DNA of 30,823 bases from positions 1 through 30,823 of the IMG/VR virus record IMGVR_UViG_3300016484_000186; one strand, written 5' to 3'. Below, piece after piece: positions 25,145 through 30,823 of the stretch. Source of the DNA: a virus (taxonomy: Duplodnaviria; Caudoviricetes). Numbering within the stretch: the stretch's first letter is position 1; each line of letters starts with the position of its first letter. A program made the position numbers and the translations under genes. Under the pieces are notes generated by a model. That model worked only from the letters and a program-made list of their open reading frames with translations, was not told the origin of the DNA and ran no database searches.

Positions 25145-26860
25145 ATGGAAAAAAAAGTAGAAAATAATATTAGGGTAGTTCAAATGGCTAACTATACTTC
25201 GCCTGTAGTTAAGGAAATTAGAGGTAACGAGTGGGTAGCATACGGAGAAGACAATAACTATTTTCAGTATTTAATAGATAGATACAACGGAAGCCCTACA
25301 AACAATGCTTGTATTAATGGTATTAGCCAAATGATATACGGAAGAGGTTTAGATGCTATTAATGGAGGAGATAACCCTACAGACTATGCTAAGTTTTTAA
25401 CTTTGATTACTCCTGATTGTATGGAGAAACTAGTTAACGATTTTTACCTTTTAGGTCAGGGTGCTTTACAGGTTATTTATAATATAGACCATACACAAAT
25501 TTTAGAAGTAGAGCATTTTCCTGTAGAAACGTTAAGAAGTGGAAAAGCTAACGAGCAGGGAGTAGTAGACTTTTATTATTATTTTCACGATTGGACTAAA
25601 ATAAAACGTACAGATAAGCCACAGCCTATACCTGCTTTTGGAACTAGTACAAATGGAAACGAAATACTTTACATAAAACCTTATAAGTCAGGATATTACT
25701 ATTACTCGCCTGTAGCATATCAGGGAGGTGTACAATACGCAGAATTAGAGGAGGAAATATCTAACTATCATTTGAATAATATTTTAAATGGTTTAGCACC
25801 TAGTATGTTAATTAACTTTAATAACGGAGTGCCTGACGAAGATATGCAATCTACAATAGAACACGATATTAGACAAAAATATCAGGGAACTACCAATGCA
25901 GGTAGATTTATTTTAGCTTTTAATGACAAAAAAGATGATGCTGCAACTATTGAAGCTGTACAATTATCAGATGCACATAATCAATACCAATTTTTAAGCG
26001 ATGAGAGTACTAAAAAAATAATGTTATCTCACAGAGTAGTTAGTCCTATGCTTTTAGGTATTAAAGACCAAACAGGTTTAGGAAATAATGCAGACGAGAT
26101 ACAAACAGCTAGTACATTAATGGATAACATAGTTATTAGACCATTTCAGGACTTAATTATAAAAAACATACAAAAGATATTAGCATTTAATAAAATTAGC
26201 TTAAAACTATATTTTAAAACGTTACAGCCTTTAGAGTTTACAGACTTAACAAACGCAGTAACAGAAGAGCAGATAGTAGAGGAAACAGGAACTAATTTAT
26301 CTAAAATTAATGAACACCTTTACGAAAGTATAATGGCTAACATACAGGGGGAAACTATAGACGATGAGTGGGAGTTAGTTGCTACTGTACCTGCTTCTGA
26401 AGACGAAAGCGTATATAATAGCTTATTTAATTTTGCTTCTCAAATTCAGCCTAGTGGCTCTGAAAGTTCACAGGATAATGATTTATGGAAAATACGTTAC
26501 TCGTATGCAGGAAACCCTAGCCCTGAAAGAGAGTTTTGCAAATTAATGTTAGGTAATGGACTATATTACAGATACGAAGATTTAGACAAAAACTTATCTG
26601 TTAATGCAGGTTTCGGTCCGAATGGAAGTAACGAATATAATATATGGCTTTACAAAGGTGGTGCTAATTGTAAACACTATTGGATGCGAAATATATTTTT
26701 AAGAAAGGATAACGGCAAAATTAGTGTTAATCAAGCACGAAAAATTATTAACGATATGGAGCCTAGTTTAAGAGGTAAATATAGATTTCCTGTTAATGAT
26801 AGTAAAGTAGCAAAGATACCTTATGATATGCCTAATCACGGATATTTAAACCCTAGATAA
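25145..26860 (+). CDS. Portal protein with C-terminal Cys-containing extension
   Basis: SPTNNACIN, NGLAPSMLI, GTTNAGR, HRVVSPMLLGI and IRPFQ portal-type motifs; extension carries REFC...GGANCKHYW. Confidence 0.85.
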   Translation: MEKKVENNIRVVQMANYTSPVVKEIRGNEWVAYGEDNNYFQYLIDRYNGSPTNNACINGISQMIYGRGLDAINGGDNPTDYAKFLTLITPDCMEKLVNDFYLLGQGALQVIYNIDHTQILEVEHFPVETLRSGKANEQGVVDFYYYFHDWTKIKRTDKPQPIPAFGTSTNGNEILYIKPYKSGYYYYSPVAYQGGVQYAELEEEISNYHLNNILNGLAPSMLINFNNGVPDEDMQSTIEHDIRQKYQGTTNAGRFILAFNDKKDDAATIEAVQLSDAHNQYQFLSDESTKKIMLSHRVVSPMLLGIKDQTGLGNNADEIQTASTLMDNIVIRPFQDLIIKNIQKILAFNKISLKLYFKTLQPLEFTDLTNAVTEEQIVEETGTNLSKINEHLYESIMANIQGETIDDEWELVATVPASEDESVYNSLFNFASQIQPSGSESSQDNDLWKIRYSYAGNPSPEREFCKLMLGNGLYYRYEDLDKNLSVNAGFGPNGSNEYNIWLYKGGANCKHYWMRNIFLRKDNGKISVNQARKIINDMEPSLRGKYRFPVNDSKVAKIPYDMPNHGYLNPR

Positions 26861-26863
26861 TAA

Positions 26864-27373
26864 ATGGTACTATTTGTAACACCTGAAGATATAAAACGTA
26901 ACACTATAATTAACGGTAATTTAGATGTTAACGAGTTTGTGCAGTTTATTAAAATTGCTCAACAAATACATATACAAAACTATTTAGGAACTCAATTATA
27001 CGATAAATATACAGAGTTAATAGATAATGGAGATATAAACGAAATAGAGTTTGCTAGTTATAAGACTTTATTAACTGAATATATACAGCCTATGTTAATT
27101 AACTTTGCTATGGTAGATTATGTGCCATTTGCAGGGGTAACAATTAAAAACGGAGGTATATTTAAGCACAGAGCAGAAACAGCAGACATACCTACTAAAG
27201 AAGAAATAGATGCTTTAACACAAAAGTACAGAAATTTTGCAGAGTTTTATACTCGTAGATTTATAGATTATATGGGAATATACGCTAGTCAGAATTACCC
27301 TGAATATTATTTAAATGCTAATGCAGATATGTTCCCTGATACTAAAGCTAATTTTGTTGGTTGGAAATTATAA
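26864..27373 (+). CDS. Head-tail adaptor (connector) protein
   Basis: Helical 169-aa protein after portal; AQQIHIQNYLGTQLY. Confidence 0.6.
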   Translation: MVLFVTPEDIKRNTIINGNLDVNEFVQFIKIAQQIHIQNYLGTQLYDKYTELIDNGDINEIEFASYKTLLTEYIQPMLINFAMVDYVPFAGVTIKNGGIFKHRAETADIPTKEEIDALTQKYRNFAEFYTRRFIDYMGIYASQNYPEYYLNANADMFPDTKANFVGWKL

Positions 27374-27376
27374 CAT

Positions 27377-27514
27377 ATGGAATACAAAGTAAAGAAAGAA
27401 AACATAGTAAAGTTAGAGAAATATTTATCATTAAAACAACAGAAAAATGAACAACATAAATTGGGGTCAGGGAGTAGACAACAACTCGATAGATTGGGGA
27501 ACAAACGCAACTAA
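27377..27514 (+). CDS. Small basic hypothetical protein (45 aa, not in ORF track)
   Basis: MEYKVKKENIVKLEKYLSLKQQKNEQHK...; starts 3 nt after the adaptor stop. Confidence 0.55.
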   Translation: MEYKVKKENIVKLEKYLSLKQQKNEQHKLGSGSRQQLDRLGNKRN

Positions 27515-27667
27515 TAATATAAATTTCGGTTATATATACGAAGCTAGTCCAAGTGGGGAAACTAGCTTAAAAAAAAACTAGTTAGCTTAACGGTTGACAG
27601 TATTAAATACATAGCAGACACGATTAAAATAACAATAGATAAAATAGTACAATGGCTCAAGAAATAA
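27447..27667 (+). CDS. Small virion protein: 44-aa 0-frame product (stop at 27581) and ~73-aa -1 frameshift product (stop at 27667)
   Basis: MNNINWGQGVDNNSIDWG...SGETSLKKN*; A-AAA-AAC heptamer at 27572-27578; -1 frame reads LVSLTVDSIKYIADTIKITIDKIVQWLKK*. Confidence 0.6.
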
Positions 27668-28617
27668 TTAACGTAGGTACGAGTGCTAATGACGGCACAG
27701 GAGATGCTTTAAGAAATGCGTTTATAAAATCAAACAATAACTTTACGGAACTATACGCTAATAGAATAAGCGGAAGTGGTACGGATAACTATATACCAAG
27801 ATTTAACGGAACGAATGCACTTGAGAATAGTATTATTTTTGATAATGGTACAAACGTAGGTATTGGAACAACTTCGGCTTGGTTTCCAGCATCAGGCAGA
27901 AGAGTGTTATCTATTAACGGAACAAATTCATCATTATTAGAATTCCAAAAATCAGGTGTTTTATCAGGTTATATATATTCAACTGATTCTGTATTTGAAT
28001 TTAGTGGTGGAGATTCTGCTCCATTACTATTTCTTACGTCTAATACCGAAAGAATGCGTATTACTTCAAGCGGTAATGTTGGTATAGGAACGAGCGCGCC
28101 AAATATTGGCGGATGGGGTAAAGCTGTAACGCTTCAGGGAGCAGGTAATGCAGCATTTGAAGTTACAGATGGAACTGTAAGAACATCTTTAATTGCTGCC
28201 GCTGGTTCAGCAGGATATGTTTCTACTGATACAGACCACCCCTTGTTATTTAGAACAAATAGTTCTGAGCGAATGCGTATTACCAATACAGGTAACGTAG
28301 GAATTGGAACAAGTAGTCCAATAGGTAAATTATCTATCGTAGGAAGTGGCGTAGGTTCAGGGATTTTAGATTTCAATACAGATAGTACAAGATGTGATAT
28401 TCAATCATATAACAAGCCTTTAGCTATTAATAGACAGGGAAACAACACTTTGTTAAATGAAGAAAGTGGCAAAGTAGGCATAGGGACTACTGCTCCAACA
28501 TCCAAACTTCACGTAGTAGGGTTGCCAAGTTATGCTGATAATACAACGGCTTTAGCAGGTGGTTTAACTGCAGGTGCTTTTTATCACACTGCAGGAGTTT
28601 TAAAAGTAGTAATTTAA
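27652..28617 (+). CDS. Tail fibre / receptor-binding protein
   Basis: N-terminal INVGTSANDGTGDALRNAFIKSNNNFTELY attachment motif and four (G)NVGIGT-type repeats. Confidence 0.85.
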   Translation: MAQEIINVGTSANDGTGDALRNAFIKSNNNFTELYANRISGSGTDNYIPRFNGTNALENSIIFDNGTNVGIGTTSAWFPASGRRVLSINGTNSSLLEFQKSGVLSGYIYSTDSVFEFSGGDSAPLLFLTSNTERMRITSSGNVGIGTSAPNIGGWGKAVTLQGAGNAAFEVTDGTVRTSLIAAAGSAGYVSTDTDHPLLFRTNSSERMRITNTGNVGIGTSSPIGKLSIVGSGVGSGILDFNTDSTRCDIQSYNKPLAINRQGNNTLLNEESGKVGIGTTAPTSKLHVVGLPSYADNTTALAGGLTAGAFYHTAGVLKVVI

Positions 28618-28628
28618 AATAAATAAAT

Positions 28629-28940
28629 ATGTTTAATTGGACAATCAGTGCATTAGATTGCAAAGTAAAAGAAGATAATTTACAAGACGTTGTTTATAAC
28701 GTACATTGGCGATATGTAGCTACAAAAGGAGAAATTGTTGTAGATACTTACGGCTCAACTTCAGTAGATAGACCAAGCGAGGAAGATTTTATTCCTTATA
28801 ATGAATTAACTGAAGAAATTGTTGTATCTTGGCTCGAGCAAAGTTTAGATGTTGAAGCTATGCAAAAATCTTTAATAGAGCAAATAGAGTTAATAGAAAA
28901 TCCTATTGATGTAACATTTACAAATCCGTTTAATAAGTAA
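28629..28940 (+). CDS. Fibre-associated hypothetical protein
   Basis: FNWTI...VVYNVHW...FIPYNELTEEIVVSW; directly after the fibre gene. Confidence 0.6.
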   Translation: MFNWTISALDCKVKEDNLQDVVYNVHWRYVATKGEIVVDTYGSTSVDRPSEEDFIPYNELTEEIVVSWLEQSLDVEAMQKSLIEQIELIENPIDVTFTNPFNK

Positions 28941-28942
28941 TT

Positions 28943-29089
28943 ATGGAAAGTTTACAAATTATCGAACAAGCTATCAATTTAGCAACTACAAAAGGAGTGT
29001 TTAATTTACAAGAAATTGATTTAATTATCAATGCGTTAAAAGACTTACAAAGTCAGTTTCCTAAAGCAGAAAATGAAGACATATCTTAA
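28943..29089 (+). CDS. Small helical protein (48 aa, not in ORF track)
   Basis: MESLQIIEQAINLATTKGVFNLQEIDLIINALKDL...*. Confidence 0.7.
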   Translation: MESLQIIEQAINLATTKGVFNLQEIDLIINALKDLQSQFPKAENEDIS

Positions 29090-29507
29090 TTATATCTTTA
29101 CAGGTTTAGTTTTATTTTTTGCACCAATACAGGGGCTGTTAGTTGCTGTAGCATTTAGTATAATGTTAGATACGTTTACAGGTATATTTAAGAGCATAAA
29201 GTTAAACGGATTGAAGTCTATTCGTAGCCGTAAGCTATCTAACGTTATATCTAAAATGTTATTATATCAGGTTTGTTTAATTAGTTTGTATGTTATAGAT
29301 AAATTTTTATTAAACGAGTTAATTAATCTACACTTCAGCACAAAGTTTTTATTTACTAAATTAGTAGCTATTGTATTGGTGTTTGTAGAACTTGTAAGCA
29401 TTAAAGAAAACATAGAAGAAGCGTTAAAAATAGATATTTGGAAACTTTTAAAAGATTTACTAAATAGAGCTAAAGAAGTTAAAGGAGATATTAACGAAAT
29501 TAAATAA
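29073..29507 (+). CDS. Holin (Phage_holin_4_1-like)
   Basis: Several TM segments; DTFTGIFKS...SRKL...ELVSIKEN; upstream of the endolysin. Confidence 0.8.
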   Translation: MKTYLNYIFTGLVLFFAPIQGLLVAVAFSIMLDTFTGIFKSIKLNGLKSIRSRKLSNVISKMLLYQVCLISLYVIDKFLLNELINLHFSTKFLFTKLVAIVLVFVELVSIKENIEEALKIDIWKLLKDLLNRAKEVKGDINEIK

Positions 29508-29508
29508 T

Positions 29509-29961
29509 ATGAAGTTAAGCGAAAATTTTACACTAGCAGAATTAACTAATAGTTCACAGGCTAAAAGACTAGGAATAAATAATACACCTGACGATAAAGT
29601 AATAAAGAATTTAGAATTATTAGCTAAAAACATATTGCAGCCTATTAGAGACCATTTCGGAGTAGCTATAAACATATCTTCAGGTTATAGAAGTTTGGCT
29701 TTAAATAAACGTATTGGAGGAGCTAGTAATTCACAGCACGTAACAGGACAAGCTGCAGATATAGACAACGATAATACAGAGGTTAGTAATGCAGAGATAT
29801 TTAACTTTATAAAAGATAATCTTAAATACGACCAACTTATATGGGAGTTTGGTACTGATACAAATCCTGATTGGGTGCACGTTTCGTATAGTTCAAAGCC
29901 TAGAAAACAAATACTAAAAGCGGTTAGAAATGGTTTACAGACTTCTTATATTAAGTTTTAG
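29509..29961 (+). CDS. Endolysin, peptidase M15A family
   Basis: LSENFTLAEL, SGYRS, SQH...AADI and WVHVS Zn-peptidase motifs. Confidence 0.9.
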   Translation: MKLSENFTLAELTNSSQAKRLGINNTPDDKVIKNLELLAKNILQPIRDHFGVAINISSGYRSLALNKRIGGASNSQHVTGQAADIDNDNTEVSNAEIFNFIKDNLKYDQLIWEFGTDTNPDWVHVSYSSKPRKQILKAVRNGLQTSYIKF

Positions 29962-30376
29962 TTTTTTATTGTTCAGTTGTGGTACTCGTAAAGTAGATTT
30001 AAACAAAACAGAAACGCTAAAAACTACACAAACAAAAGAGCAGTATTTTGACAGTAGTAACGTTAAAATAAAATTTGATATAAATAGAGAAATTTATACT
30101 ATTACTGCAAACGATACTTTAAAACCATTCGTATATGACGGTAAAACGTATTTTAACGCTGTTTTAAGGAAAGAACTTGTAAAAGATAATATTGTATATG
30201 AAAATAAAAAGAAAATAGCTTATATTAAAGATAATAAAGTTATTACTAGAAATATAACTAAAACTAAATATATAACTAGAACTAACTATATAGCTATTTA
30301 TATTATATTAATAATTATTATTATATATATATTATATAGATTATATAAATATATAACTAAAGTTAATTTAAATTAA
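29930..30376 (+). CDS. Putative unimolecular spanin (lipoprotein with C-terminal TM)
   Basis: Signal peptide with lipobox LFSC, beta-rich middle and C-terminal YIAIYIILIIIIIYILY; last gene of the lysis cassette. Confidence 0.65.
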   Translation: MVYRLLILSFSFLLFSCGTRKVDLNKTETLKTTQTKEQYFDSSNVKIKFDINREIYTITANDTLKPFVYDGKTYFNAVLRKELVKDNIVYENKKKIAYIKDNKVITRNITKTKYITRTNYIAIYIILIIIIIYILYRLYKYITKVNLN

Positions 30377-30416
30377 CGTTCTTTATTATATAATTATTAT
30401 ATATAAATATATTTAT

Positions 30417-30424
30417 TATATTTG
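30417..30424 (+). promoter_or_regulatory. Possible host-type -7 element TATATTTG
   Basis: TAnnTTTG 20 nt upstream of the endonuclease ATG; no clear -33. Confidence 0.45.
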
Positions 30425-30443
30425 CTATATGAAAAAAAAATAA

Positions 30444-30823
30444 ATGGCTTTAGTTTATAGACATAGAAGATTAGATAATAATAAAATATTTTACGTTGGA
30501 ATTTCAAAAGATAAATATAGACCTTATGCAAATGGTAGATATAGAAATAAAATATGGAATAGAATTGTAAATAAAACTGATTATATTGTAGAAATAGTAT
30601 TGGAAAATGTATCTTATGAAGATGCTATTGATTTAGAAATATTTTTAATTTATTTATATGGTAAAATAATAAATAATACAGGTTCTTTAGCAAATATAAC
30701 AGACGGAGGAGAAGGTACTTTAGGTATTAAGCCTTGGTGTGCAGGAACAAAAGGTTTAGTTAAACCTAATAAAGGTAGTTTTAAAAAAGGACATAAAACT
30801 TTAGTTGGTAAAAAACATTCTGA
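30444..30823 (+). mobile_element. N-terminal part of a GIY-YIG homing endonuclease (195 aa when joined to 1..208; not in ORF track)
   Basis: MALVYRHRRLDNNKIFYVGIS...R...LEIFLI..YG...LANITDGGEG...GKKHS, open to the window end. Confidence 0.85.

Noticed and set aside
27652-28617. Fibre repeats as a diversity-generating retroelement or invertible cassette
   Set aside because: No reverse transcriptase or invertase is present, and no TR/VR pair differing at adenines was seen.
240-29675. All minus-strand ORFs in the track (e.g. 240-446, 14958-15347, 19396-19764, 28134-28376)
   Set aside because: They lie antisense to well-supported plus-strand genes, have Phe/Ser/Leu-rich shadow composition, and I saw no supporting minus-strand expression signals.
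1-30823. CRISPR array, tRNA genes, integrase/att site, or stop-codon reassignment
   Set aside because: No regularly spaced repeats, cloverleafs or recombinase motifs were seen; TAA, TAG and TGA all end genes normally and coding density is high under the standard code.

Overview
The window looks like a complete, circularly permuted 30.8 kb genome of an AT-rich siphovirus infecting a Bacteroidota host, probably Flavobacterium-like. A GIY-YIG/NUMOD3 ORF reads in frame from the last base into the first base. All credible genes are on the + strand. Early and replication genes (NinG, SSB-like proteins, DnaB-like helicase, ECF-like sigma factor, PD-(D/E)XK nucleases, DnaA-domain-IV-like protein) follow host-type TTTG-N19-TAnnTTTG promoters. 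Late genes follow a repeated CGTTATA(T/A)A motif. A cytosine-hypermodification cassette (C5-MTase, ParB-like protein, TET-associated glycosyltransferase, TET/JBP dioxygenase) runs directly into the terminase genes. Tail, head, portal, fibre and lysis genes follow in a non-lambda order. No integrase, CI-type repressor, DNA polymerase, primase, tRNA or CRISPR array was recognised. The most notable unannotated signals are: (1) a ~70-nt ORF-less transcription unit whose unpaired seed is antisense to an 11-12-nt motif just upstream of four early-gene start codons; (2) two well-supported -1 frameshift products missing from the ORF track; (3) genome-wide purging of several short motifs, with exceptions clustered in apparently swapped modules. 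All calls come from reading by eye; no searches were run.
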